Shown here: piece after piece, positions 18,912 through 27,216 of the stretch
How the letters are laid out: each line of letters opens with the position of its first letter
Position numbering within the stretch: the stretch's first letter is position 1
From: Escherichia phage PBM-2
Sequence record: PV029541
Strand: one strand, 5' to 3'
Length of the DNA stretch: 64,000 nt
Translations under genes and position numbers: made by a program
Notes under the pieces: generated by a model
Database searches by the model: none
Told to the model about the DNA's origin: nothing
What the model saw: the letters and a program-made list of their open reading frames with translations, nothing else

Positions 18912-21061
18912 GTATCGACCTTACTGGCATCAGTCACCATCCAGCGATTGAAGAAATCGTAGATGTGCTCTGCAATAAAACCCAGAATAATGACCGGGGA
19001 TTCTTCCGTGTCGAAGTAGCCTACTTCTTGGCTAAAATGGCATCCTGCATGGGTGCAACCATTGTAACTAAAGACCGTGGTGACCTGCCGGTAAACATCT
19101 ACGCTATAGCGTTGGCTACATCTGGTTTCGGTAAAGGTCACTCAGTAAATATCATTGAAGACGGGTTCATGTCTGGCTTCCGTAAACGCTTTATGGAAGA
19201 CACCATGCCCGTCATTGCAAATGATCGTCTATGGAAGATTGCTAACGAACGTTCTGCTCGTCAGGGTACTGACCAGCAGGAAGAGTTTGATAAAGTTGAA
19301 GCAGAGTATAAACGTGCCGGGGCATATCCGTTTACGTTTGACTCTGGTACTCCACCAGCAGTTAAACAGCTACGGCATAAGCTGTTAATGGCTGGGTGTG
19401 GTTCAATCAATCTTCAGATTGATGAAATTGGTTCGAACCTGTTGGCTAACATGGATGTACTAACCCTATTCCTGGAGTTATATGACCAGGGAAAAGTAAA
19501 ACAGAAGCTAACCAAGAATACTGCTGAAAGCGTTCGTGGTGAAGAATTGGATGGAAAAACTCCAACTAACCTGCTGCTGTTCGGTACTCCGAGTAAGCTG
19601 CTGGATGGTGGTCAGACTGAAGACCAGTTCTATGGCTTTCTCGATATAGGGTATGCACGTCGCTGTCTGTTTGCTACTGGTCACTTAGACAAGAGAGCAC
19701 ATGCAACACTAACCCCGGAAGAAATCTACCGTAACCTGATTAAACAAGATAACGTACAGACTCTTGGTAAGTGGGCTAACCATTTCCATAGTCTGGCTGA
19801 CCCAAACCTGTTTGGTTTTAAGATGGTTGTAGAAGATGCCGTGGGTATTGCTCTGATTGCTTACAAAATTGATTGTGAGAAGCAAGCAGAAGCTATGGCT
19901 GACCATGAAGATATTCGTAAAGCTGAAATTTCTCACCGTTATTTCAAAGCACTTAAGCTGGCAGGTGCACTGGCGTTTGTTGACCAAAGTTCATTCATTG
20001 AGATGACCCACCTTAAACAAGCAATTCTGCTTGTAGAAGAATCTGGAGCAGCATTTCAGACAATCCTCAATCGTGAGAAGGCTTATGTGAAGCTGGCTAA
20101 GTACATTGCTTCTGTAGGTAAAGAAGTAACCCATGCTGATTTGGTGGAGTCTTTACCATTCTATAAGAGTGGTAATGCAGCTCGTAATGAGATGATGACT
20201 CTTGCTACAGCATGGGGTTACAAGCAGCACATCATCATTAAGAAGACCTTCAATGAAGGTATTGAGTTCTTCCGTGGTGAAACTCTTAAAGAGACAGACA
20301 TCAATGAGATGATTGTGGCGTATAGTGATAGCTTTGCTTATGACTACATTGGTGAACGTGTACCGTTCGACCAGTTGCATGTATTAACCCAAGCTCCCGG
20401 TATGCACTGGGTAAACCATCACATGAAGAATGGGCATCGTTCTGAAGAAAATGTTATCCCAGGATTTAACATGATTGTTATTGACTGTGATGGTGGAGTA
20501 CCCCTGCATACGTGCCATGAACTAATGAAGGAATATAAGTTCATGACCTATACCACCAAGCGTCATACTGATGAAGAGAACCGCTTCCGTCTGATTATTC
20601 CAATGAACTATGAGTTACACCTCGACACTGAGGAATACAAAGAGTTCATGAATAACGTTATGGCTTGGCTACCATTTGAAACAGATGAGTCTGCTAACCA
20701 ACGAGCCAAGAAGTGGATGTCCTGTGAGACTGGTTCCTATCATTACAATCTTGATGCGAATCTGTTAGATGTGCGTGACTTTATTCCTCGTACTAGTAAG
20801 AACGAGCAGTTCCAGAACCAGATGAAGGAAGTACAGTCGTTGGATAATCTGGAGCGTTGGTTCGCTAGTCGTATTGCCTCCGGTAATCGTAATAATCAAA
20901 TGATTAAGTACGCACTGGCATTGGTTGACAGTGGTTGGGACTTTGCTCAAGTACAGCAAGCCGTCCACACATTCAATAAGAAACTGGCTAATCCATTACC
21001 AGATGATGAATTGAATGCAACCGTAATGGTCACCGTGGCTAAACGCTACGCTGGCAAATAA
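18908..21061 (+). CDS. putative DNA primase / replication protein
   Basis: 717-aa ORF in the position of the primase gene of N4-like phages; degenerate P-loop-like ATSGFGKGHS; assignment mostly by size and synteny. Confidence 0.45.
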   Translation: MSIDLTGISHHPAIEEIVDVLCNKTQNNDRGFFRVEVAYFLAKMASCMGATIVTKDRGDLPVNIYAIALATSGFGKGHSVNIIEDGFMSGFRKRFMEDTMPVIANDRLWKIANERSARQGTDQQEEFDKVEAEYKRAGAYPFTFDSGTPPAVKQLRHKLLMAGCGSINLQIDEIGSNLLANMDVLTLFLELYDQGKVKQKLTKNTAESVRGEELDGKTPTNLLLFGTPSKLLDGGQTEDQFYGFLDIGYARRCLFATGHLDKRAHATLTPEEIYRNLIKQDNVQTLGKWANHFHSLADPNLFGFKMVVEDAVGIALIAYKIDCEKQAEAMADHEDIRKAEISHRYFKALKLAGALAFVDQSSFIEMTHLKQAILLVEESGAAFQTILNREKAYVKLAKYIASVGKEVTHADLVESLPFYKSGNAARNEMMTLATAWGYKQHIIIKKTFNEGIEFFRGETLKETDINEMIVAYSDSFAYDYIGERVPFDQLHVLTQAPGMHWVNHHMKNGHRSEENVIPGFNMIVIDCDGGVPLHTCHELMKEYKFMTYTTKRHTDEENRFRLIIPMNYELHLDTEEYKEFMNNVMAWLPFETDESANQRAKKWMSCETGSYHYNLDANLLDVRDFIPRTSKNEQFQNQMKEVQSLDNLERWFASRIASGNRNNQMIKYALALVDSGWDFAQVQQAVHTFNKKLANPLPDDELNATVMVTVAKRYAGK

Positions 21062-21117
21062 GTAAACAGGAGTCTTTCTTTGGTTTGAAGGACTCCTAAA
21101 TTAAACGAGGAAAAATA

Positions 21118-21870
21118 ATGTCCGAAGAAATCTCCAATGATATGAACACTCAGCTAATCCTGATTGCAGGATTCTCAGCGAGTGGTAAATCAGCATCACT
21201 GCGTAACATCAGGAACCAGGAACGCTGGCTCTATCTGAATACTGAAGCAGGTAAACGTCTACCTTTCCGTAACAAGTTTAATACCTACAACATTGAAGAC
21301 CCATATCAGATTTGGGAAGCATTTGATGTTGCATCCCCAGGTGGTGAAATGGCAGACGATGTTGATGGAATCATTATCGACTCTGCTACCTTCATGATGG
21401 ATATGCTGGAATCTCAGTATGTACTGCCATCTGCTAATACTCAGAAGGCATGGGGAGATTTTGCACAGTTCTTTAAAATACTGCTGCAACAGAAAGTTGT
21501 TAAATTTGGTAAGCCAGTAATTATTACTGCCCATGCCAAAGATGAACTCGACGAAGCTGCTGGTGTGATTAAAACATTCATCCCAGTGAAAGGTTCTCTG
21601 AAGAACAATGGTCTTGAGGCTTACTTCTCTACAGTGGTTTACGCAGAGCGTGTAGACATTAAAGAGCTGGAGAAGTATGGCAACAAGATGCTTGAAATTA
21701 CCGAAGAAGAACGTGACTTAGGTTATAAGCACGTATTCCAGACTCGCCCAACCAAGAAGTCTGTTGGTAAACGTCTACGTTCCCCAATGGGTATGTTCGA
21801 TAAGTCTGAGACTTACATTGATAATGATGCCCAGAAACTCTTAGACCATCTGGCTGAATACTACGCTTAA
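21118..21870 (+). CDS. P-loop ATPase (RecA-fold, AAA_24/Sak4-like)
   Basis: Walker A GFSASGKS, Walker B-like GIIIDSATFMMDM; size 250 aa. Confidence 0.45.
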   Translation: MSEEISNDMNTQLILIAGFSASGKSASLRNIRNQERWLYLNTEAGKRLPFRNKFNTYNIEDPYQIWEAFDVASPGGEMADDVDGIIIDSATFMMDMLESQYVLPSANTQKAWGDFAQFFKILLQQKVVKFGKPVIITAHAKDELDEAAGVIKTFIPVKGSLKNNGLEAYFSTVVYAERVDIKELEKYGNKMLEITEEERDLGYKHVFQTRPTKKSVGKRLRSPMGMFDKSETYIDNDAQKLLDHLAEYYA

Positions 21871-21910
21871 GCGTTTGCCTGGTTGTTAATCACTTATTAG
21901 GAAAAATATT

Positions 21911-22708
21911 ATGTCACTGTTCAGTAACTTGAAAGAAAAAACCAAAAACGTTGAAGCTGTAAAAGACTCCCTTGGTGGTGGTGGCTTCGGTGCAAAGGAG
22001 TCAGATATCTACACCGGTACTGTAAAAGTAGCTTACGTAGGTAAAGCTGACTCTGGTGCAGACTGGATGCAGTTAATCATTGAAAACCTGAAAGGTTCTG
22101 ATGGTAATGATGCTGGCGAGTTCCGTTCACAGGTGTACTTCACTTCTGGTAATTCTAAAGGCAATAAGCCTACTTACGAGAAGAATGGTAAAGAATACTT
22201 CCTGCCAGGTTATACCGTCATCAATGACATGATGCTGATGGCTACCGGTACAGAACTGCCTGAAGCTGACTTCGAAGAGAAGATTGTTAAAGTCTATGAC
22301 TTCGATGCTAAAGCAGAAGTTAATAAATCTGTCATGGTTCCAGTTGACCTGGTTGGTCAGACTGTTACCTTTGCTCTGGAAAAAGTTCTGGAATCCAAGC
22401 AGGTTAAGGGTGACAACGGTTACGTTGATTCCGGTGAAACCCGTGAAGTAAACGAGATTCAGAAAGTGTTTCACCCGGAACTGCTGGTCACAGTCGTCGA
22501 GGCTCAGGAAGCAGAGAAGGCTGAGAAAGAACTGACCCCAGAACTGGCTGTATTTTATGCAGCATGGTTAGAAAAGAACAAGGGTAAAACCCGTGATAAG
22601 ACCAAGGGTTCTGCTGGTGGTAATGGCAAAGGTGGCTTGCCTCCTAAACCAAGTGCTGGCACGGGTACTGCTCCTGCTGGTGGTAAATCACTGTTCGGTA
22701 AACGTTAA
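21911..22708 (+). CDS. single-stranded DNA-binding protein, N4 SSB-like
   Basis: 265 aa, the size recalled for N4 SSB; Gly-rich disordered C-terminal tail (SAGGNGKGGLPPKPSAGTGTAPAGG); position after primase/ATPase genes. Confidence 0.5.
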   Translation: MSLFSNLKEKTKNVEAVKDSLGGGGFGAKESDIYTGTVKVAYVGKADSGADWMQLIIENLKGSDGNDAGEFRSQVYFTSGNSKGNKPTYEKNGKEYFLPGYTVINDMMLMATGTELPEADFEEKIVKVYDFDAKAEVNKSVMVPVDLVGQTVTFALEKVLESKQVKGDNGYVDSGETREVNEIQKVFHPELLVTVVEAQEAEKAEKELTPELAVFYAAWLEKNKGKTRDKTKGSAGGNGKGGLPPKPSAGTGTAPAGGKSLFGKR

Positions 22709-23262
22709 TGAAAATCCCAATTGTTGGTGCAGACATTAGTCTCCGCAATTGGGGTTTAGCTCGTGGGATGCTGGACATTGAGTCCGGCGTCTTCGAGCAG
22801 GTCGAACTTAAACTGGTTCAAACTGAAGTTGACCACAACAAACAAGTTCGAACCAACTCCAAAGATATACAAGCCGCTCACGATTTGTTTCTTGGTTGTG
22901 AAGAATGGTTACGGTCTGCTAAAGCAGTATTCGTAGAAGTACCAGTAGGCTCTCAGTCTGCTAACGGTATGAAATCCTATGGCGTATGCGTAGGATTAAT
23001 TGGTGCATTTCGTGCATTGGGTTGTCCAATCTTTGAAGTATCCCCAATTGAAAACAAACTTGCACTGGTCGGCGATAAAACTGCATCTAAAGACACGATG
23101 ATTCGTGCTGCTCATGCCATCTATCCCGAAGCCAACTGGCTCACAGATAAGAAAGGCAAACTTCTGAATAAGAATGAGCACTTAGCAGATGCAATCGGTG
23201 CAATCCACGCTGGAGTAAATCTACCAGCTTTCCAGAACCTCATTAAATTAATAAAGGCATAA
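22708..23262 (+). CDS. RuvC-like Holliday junction resolvase
   Basis: N-terminal IVGADISLRNWGLA (RuvC motif I Asp), central VFVEVP Glu, C-terminal HLADAIGAIHAG resembling the RuvC DAxDAxAIA motif. Confidence 0.5.
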   Translation: MKIPIVGADISLRNWGLARGMLDIESGVFEQVELKLVQTEVDHNKQVRTNSKDIQAAHDLFLGCEEWLRSAKAVFVEVPVGSQSANGMKSYGVCVGLIGAFRALGCPIFEVSPIENKLALVGDKTASKDTMIRAAHAIYPEANWLTDKKGKLLNKNEHLADAIGAIHAGVNLPAFQNLIKLIKA

Positions 23263-23263
23263 T

Positions 23264-23707
23264 ATGCAAATCATTTTGAACCAGTCCGAAGTAGAAGCTG
23301 CTGTACAAGCTTATGTCGATGATCAAATCAATCTTGCTGGTGACATTAATATTGTCATCAATGCAGATGGTACAGCCTCCGTTGGTATCAACGAAGAGGT
23401 AAGTCATAACGATGATACTCCACCCTTGGTAGAGAAGAAGACGCGTCGTTCTCGTAAGAACCCTCAGGAAGCTAAACACCGTCCGGTAGAACCGGAACCG
23501 GAAGAAGTGGTTGAAGAGGTAAAGGAAGAAGAAACCCAGACCTCTACTGGTGGACAGAACGAGAGTTCTACGCCGGAACCTGAAGAAGAAGCAGTAGCTG
23601 AACCAGAAGCACAAGAAGAAGTTGTGCAGGAAGAGGTTAAGGCTGAAGAACCAGCAGAGAAACCTGCTACTAAGCCTTCACTGTTCGCTGGCCTTAAACG
23701 TAGTTAA
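23264..23707 (+). CDS. acidic Glu/Pro-rich protein, function unknown
   Basis: C-terminal half is strongly acidic and low-complexity (EPEPEEVVEEVKEEETQ...EPEEEAVAEPEAQEEVVQEEVKAEEP). Confidence 0.5.
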   Translation: MQIILNQSEVEAAVQAYVDDQINLAGDINIVINADGTASVGINEEVSHNDDTPPLVEKKTRRSRKNPQEAKHRPVEPEPEEVVEEVKEEETQTSTGGQNESSTPEPEEEAVAEPEAQEEVVQEEVKAEEPAEKPATKPSLFAGLKRS

Positions 23708-23938
23708 TCTGGTAGGTGGCTCAGAAGCTGCTGCTAGGTGTGGTAGTGTTTATAGTCCTGATGCTACTACTGGTCAGGATTATAGACGTGTCGGCTCCAT
23801 ACATAGCTTTTATCATCACTGTCATTATCCTGTGGAAATGCAGTGGTAAACACGGTGGTGACAAGCCGCCAGAGTAACAACAACCGAACCAGTCCCCTTT
23901 AATACTCTCCGAAGGGGATTGGTTCAAACGAGGTTAAC

Positions 23939-24109
23939 ATGAACAAATTTACTATTCACTGGCTCAATGGAAAGGTTAGTTCTTTCGTGGGTGGAGAACC
24001 TGTTGAAGGGAACAAAGCATTCCACATTGATTCAGAAGGTTGCAAAATCTTAATACCATATGCTTGGTATAAAGATGGTGAAGTAAAGGCATTAAAAAAG
24101 AGTAGTTAA
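23939..24109 (+). CDS. small hypothetical protein (56 aa)
   Basis: ATG at 23939 with GAGG 8 nt upstream; below the length cutoff of the supplied ORF track. Confidence 0.35.
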   Translation: MNKFTIHWLNGKVSSFVGGEPVEGNKAFHIDSEGCKILIPYAWYKDGEVKALKKSS

Positions 24110-24789
24110 TATCGTGAAGGGTTCTGTTAGAATCCTTTGAGATAGGAACTCCTATCATAACCTTTCTTAACTTAATCTTTGCCGTATGGCACTGACGCTA
24201 GGGGTGGACCCCCATCCGTCAGACAGACTATTTTAAGAATTGGTTATCACAGCAAATGTAAAGCAACATTCGGGTTAATCAATGGCCTCTCCCTATAGGG
24301 GCCATTTCTGAATCTTAGGCTATATCCCAAAGGTTAGTATCTTTAGGATAAGGCTTCAGATCCCTTATCAAACTAACCGCTCAATGTTGAGCATTCTAAT
24401 CACATAAGCCCCTATATGGGCTGGGTTAAATGTCGGATAGCCTAGCTACCTACAACATCGAACTGTTAGATCTTACATGCAATATAGGGTATAAAGGGAG
24501 GATTCGTCCCCTCCCCCCTATTATGGGCTATCAGTGAGTGCATTAGTTGATTAGCTGTGGAAGGTAGGCCGATGTCCACAAGCGTGGCCCAGAGCTAGTG
24601 TACTCTTTGATAGTTTTCGTAAGCGATTATGCGGTTTTTTAGAAACGAACCAATAACATAAATGCAAACGATGATGTTGTTCTGATGGCAGCCTAATAAG
24701 CCAAGCGTCAGTCAGGAGTGAGTCGTCCTGATTATCAAACGACCGTGGAGTGTCCCCGTCCATGTATTAGAAACGGGGAGTTAATCAAT

Positions 24790-24867
24790 GGTATGTGATA
24801 GCTCAAATAGGTAGAGCGTGAGGCTACAGTGCTGAATGGTTTGTGGGTTCGATTCCCACCCATGCCT
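24790..24867 (+). tRNA. tRNA-like gene, isotype unassigned (possibly degenerate)
   Basis: Canonical 5' half (U8 A9, D arm GCTC-AAATAGGTA-GAGC) and T arm GTGGG-TTCGATT-CCCAC, but acceptor pairing is imperfect and the anticodon stem is weak when folded by hand. Confidence 0.35.
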
Positions 24868-24933
24868 ACAGTCCAGACGATATCTGAGTGACTATAAAAA
24901 CAGATGGAGCCAGGTGGAATCCCTGGCAATTAA

Positions 24934-25000
24934 TTCCGGTGTAGGTACTAGTGTCGTGCACGGCATGAGTGTTCTGGTTCGAGTCCAGACGCCGGAACCA
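24934..25000 (+). tRNA. tRNA-like element with encoded CCA, shortened
   Basis: T arm TCTGG-TTCGAGT-CCAGA, acceptor TCCGGTG/CGCCGGA, discriminator A then CCA; only about 63 nt between acceptor strands, so D and anticodon arms cannot both be canonical. Confidence 0.35.
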
Positions 25001-25002
25001 AT

Positions 25003-25126
25003 TATCAGTTGCACGAGATGGCTTGACATGTTCAAGTTTGGACTAAGTGTGACACCGCTAGATTGGAGGGCTGCTGCGGTAAGCTATAGACTCCAACCGG
25101 AGGTTCGAATCCTTCACTGATAACCA
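25003..25126 (+). tRNA. tRNA-like element with encoded CCA, elongated
   Basis: Perfect 7-bp acceptor pairing TATCAGT (25003-25009) / ACTGATA (25116-25122), T arm GGAGG-TTCGAAT-CCTTC, A + CCA; the 121-nt span is too long for a standard tRNA. Confidence 0.3.
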
Positions 25127-25573
25127 ATTCAAAGTAGCATTGTATATTTAAATGTTTCCCGGCATTTAAAGCACCCACCGTGACAGTGCTACTCTAAATT
25201 GGAAGAATTATGGGGGTAAGTCGTAACCATACGACGGCGTAAGTACCAGATGAGACTTCTGGACGCCCCTACCATATTTGAGGTGTAACAGTTAAATCCA
25301 GTTGCCGGAAGTGCAATTCTAGATACGCTGCCAATGTGTGAACGGTAAGGCTGTACAGGACTCGGACTCCCACCTCAAACCAAAGTCGCCAGGTACTTAT
25401 GGCAAACGGGTAGTAACGAACTAGTCATTCGTCAAACGCCCAACCCAATTATGAGTCAGCAAGAACGCCTTCACTTAAACTTAAACAAAAAAGCTTAACG
25501 CAATAATTATGTAGGGGTATGTAAGGATTGCGAAGAAGGAGCCAGTTAGAGTCTGGCATGACTCACCTATTAA

Positions 25574-25649
25574 TACCCGGTAGGCTTAGTGGTAAAGCCC
25601 CACTAGTAAACCAACTAGGACGCAGGTTCGAATCCTGTCCGGGTAACCA
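25574..25649 (+). tRNA. tRNA gene with encoded CCA, anticodon arm irregular
   Basis: Acceptor TACCCGG/CCGGGTA, D arm GGCT-TAGTGGTAA-AGCC, T arm GCAGG-TTCGAAT-CCTGT, A + CCA, 73 nt + CCA; anticodon arm pairs only as CTAG(T)/(A)CTAG, leaving a 6- or 8-nt loop. Confidence 0.5.
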
Positions 25650-25655
25650 TATTAT

Positions 25656-25729
25656 GTCCGCTTAGCTTAGACTGGGAAAGCAACCGACTAATAATCGGAA
25701 AGTCACTGGTTCAAATCCAGTAGTGGACA
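25656..25729 (+). tRNA. tRNA gene, apparent anticodon AAU (Ile-type) if the hand fold is right
   Basis: Full cloverleaf, 74 nt: acceptor GTCCGCT/AGTGGAC, D arm GCTT-AGACTGGGA-AAGC, anticodon arm ACCGA-CTAATAA-TCGGA, T arm ACTGG-TTCAAAT-CCAGT; no encoded CCA. Confidence 0.6.
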
Positions 25730-25974
25730 CCCATTTAGCAGTAACATAGTCCTGATTGCATCGCACTCTAAAGACAACACTGGTAAGACAGTCCAGTGGC
25801 TGCTATTGTATTGTTATTCCCTTCGACGGGAATTTCGCTGGAGAATAGGAACTCCTTAAATCCTAGCCTGAGTAATTACCACAGGAACGGGACTATCAAT
25901 CCCAAGCCTGGTCAGCGTGGACTGTCTTCGTGGTAAGAACCAAAAGCCTCCCAGCTATGGGTAAATAGTACTAA

Positions 25975-26008
25975 GTCCCCTGGAGCCGTCACTCTGGGGG
26001 ACTTTTTT
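25975..26008 (+). terminator. rho-independent terminator closing the tRNA cluster
   Basis: GTCCCC...GGGGGAC stem followed by TTTTTTATTT. Confidence 0.55.
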
Positions 26009-26037
26009 ATTTGAGTATTAATAATTGGATAATCAAT

Positions 26038-26196
26038 ATGATTGACCTAATCTCAACCCCGTATGCCTATGAGGTAACGGATAATCGAGGACGCAAGTCT
26101 TTGGTGTTTGCAGGTAGCGTAGCCTATAACAACGCAGTCATGTTTAAGTACAAACTCAAACCACTCTATGAGGCTAATAATGGCAACAGTAAGTAA
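26038..26196 (+). CDS. small hypothetical protein
   Basis: ATG at 26038 (the ORF-track start at 26011 is TTG inside the terminator T-run); no clear RBS. Confidence 0.3.
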   Translation: MIDLISTPYAYEVTDNRGRKSLVFAGSVAYNNAVMFKYKLKPLYEANNGNSK

Positions 26197-26560
26197 AGAA
26201 GCAATCGAAGCTAAGATTAAGAGCGTCTACTATTTTAATGGAGCTGATGCAGTGAAGTCTGCATTTGTTGATCCATCTGCACTCCCGGCAGATGATTTGG
26301 CTAACCTGGGTCTGATAACCTATTGCATTATCATCTTGGAAAATGGCTTCAAAGTTGAAGGTGTATCTGCCTGTGTTGACCCAGCTATCTATGATGAGCA
26401 AAAAGGCCGTCAGTATGCATATGAAAATGCATTCAATAAGATTTGGGAATTAGAAGGTTACCTGCTACGTCAGGCACTGCATGAGAAAGAAGAGACTGCT
26501 AAAGCTCTGGCTTCCTTTGCAGAAAACAACACCTGTGATGGTGGTGGTTGTACAATCTGA
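26180..26560 (+). CDS. hypothetical protein
   Basis: ATG at 26180 with GAGG 6 nt upstream; conserved-looking core GVSACVDPAIYDEQKGRQYAYENAFNKIWELEGY; no family recognised. Confidence 0.45.
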   Translation: MATVSKEAIEAKIKSVYYFNGADAVKSAFVDPSALPADDLANLGLITYCIIILENGFKVEGVSACVDPAIYDEQKGRQYAYENAFNKIWELEGYLLRQALHEKEETAKALASFAENNTCDGGGCTI

Positions 26561-26641
26561 TTCAAAAGTGTAAGGTAGTTTTTACCGAAAGGTACTGAAC
26601 TACCCGACATGTGGTAAGGCTCATGAAGCCAAAACAAAACA

Positions 26642-26669
26642 AGCCCTCCTAGTGAGGGCTTTCTCATTT
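26642..26669 (+). terminator. stem-loop, possible terminator or attenuator
   Basis: AGCCCTC-CTAGT-GAGGGCT stem followed by TTCTCATTT; lies between two + strand genes. Confidence 0.4.
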
Positions 26670-26678
26670 GAGGTAGTT

Positions 26679-27179
26679 ATGTCAGAAGAAATTAAAGTCC
26701 ATTTTACCAATTATATCGGAACCAAGTGTGTAAATGGTTTCCGAATGAACAAAGAAACATACTGCAAACTTCGTGGCTGGGATGTACCTGCTAATGAAGA
26801 CCCATTAGAAGAAGGTTACTTAGTAGAGTACCCAGACTCTAAGTCTAACCATCCTCAGTTCCGTGGCTATATTAGCTGGTCACCTAAATCTGCATTTGAA
26901 ACTGCGTACCATGACGTAGAAAAAGGTTGCACCTTTGGTCATGCAGTAGAGCTTCTCAAATCCGGCTTCAAACTAGCCCGTAAAGGCTGGAATGGTAAAG
27001 GAATGTACATTGAGTACGTTGCTGCTCAAGAATGGAATAGCAGTAGCTTAGAGCGTCCAGGACTTGCTGATGAATTGAAACCTCGTCCATGGTTAGGAAT
27101 CAAAACTGTTGATGACCAGTTTATGCCTTGGGTCCCATCCCAATCAGATATATTAGCTGAAGACTGGGTGTTAGTTTAG
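26679..27179 (+). CDS. two-domain protein with C-terminal DUF2829 (Tad2-like) domain
   Basis: C-terminal FGHAVELLKSGFKLARKGWNGKGMYIEYV...PWLGIKTVDDQFMPWVPSQSDILAEDWVLV matches the DUF2829 pattern as recalled (KGWNGKG ... PW..SQ.D.LAEDW); ATG 26679 with GAGGT upstream. Confidence 0.5.
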   Translation: MSEEIKVHFTNYIGTKCVNGFRMNKETYCKLRGWDVPANEDPLEEGYLVEYPDSKSNHPQFRGYISWSPKSAFETAYHDVEKGCTFGHAVELLKSGFKLARKGWNGKGMYIEYVAAQEWNSSSLERPGLADELKPRPWLGIKTVDDQFMPWVPSQSDILAEDWVLV

Positions 27180-27187
27180 TAAAAATT

Positions 27188-27214
27188 AAAGCCCCTCTAA
27201 TGAGGGGCTTTTTC
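27188..27214. terminator. bidirectional rho-independent terminator between convergent modules
   Basis: AGCCCCTC-TAAT-GAGGGGCT stem flanked by an A-run on the left and T-run on the right; between the + gene ending 27179 and the - gene ending 27217. Confidence 0.65.
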
Positions 27215-27216
27215 AT

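Noticed and set aside
24110-24790. Possible CRISPR array suggested by repeated GC-rich palindromes
   Set aside because: The repeats are not identical, not regularly spaced, and there are no spacer-like units or cas genes.
24836-25120. 94-aa + strand ORF (and two - strand ORFs at 24551-24929) in the tRNA/hairpin region
   Set aside because: They overlap tRNA-like structures and hairpins, lack RBS, and have odd composition; the region is better explained as non-coding RNA.
25561-25580. T7-like promoter resemblance (ACTCACCTATTAATACC)
   Set aside because: Only partial similarity to the T7 consensus, and N4-like phages do not encode a T7-type promoter-specific polymerase; the sequence is the start of a tRNA.
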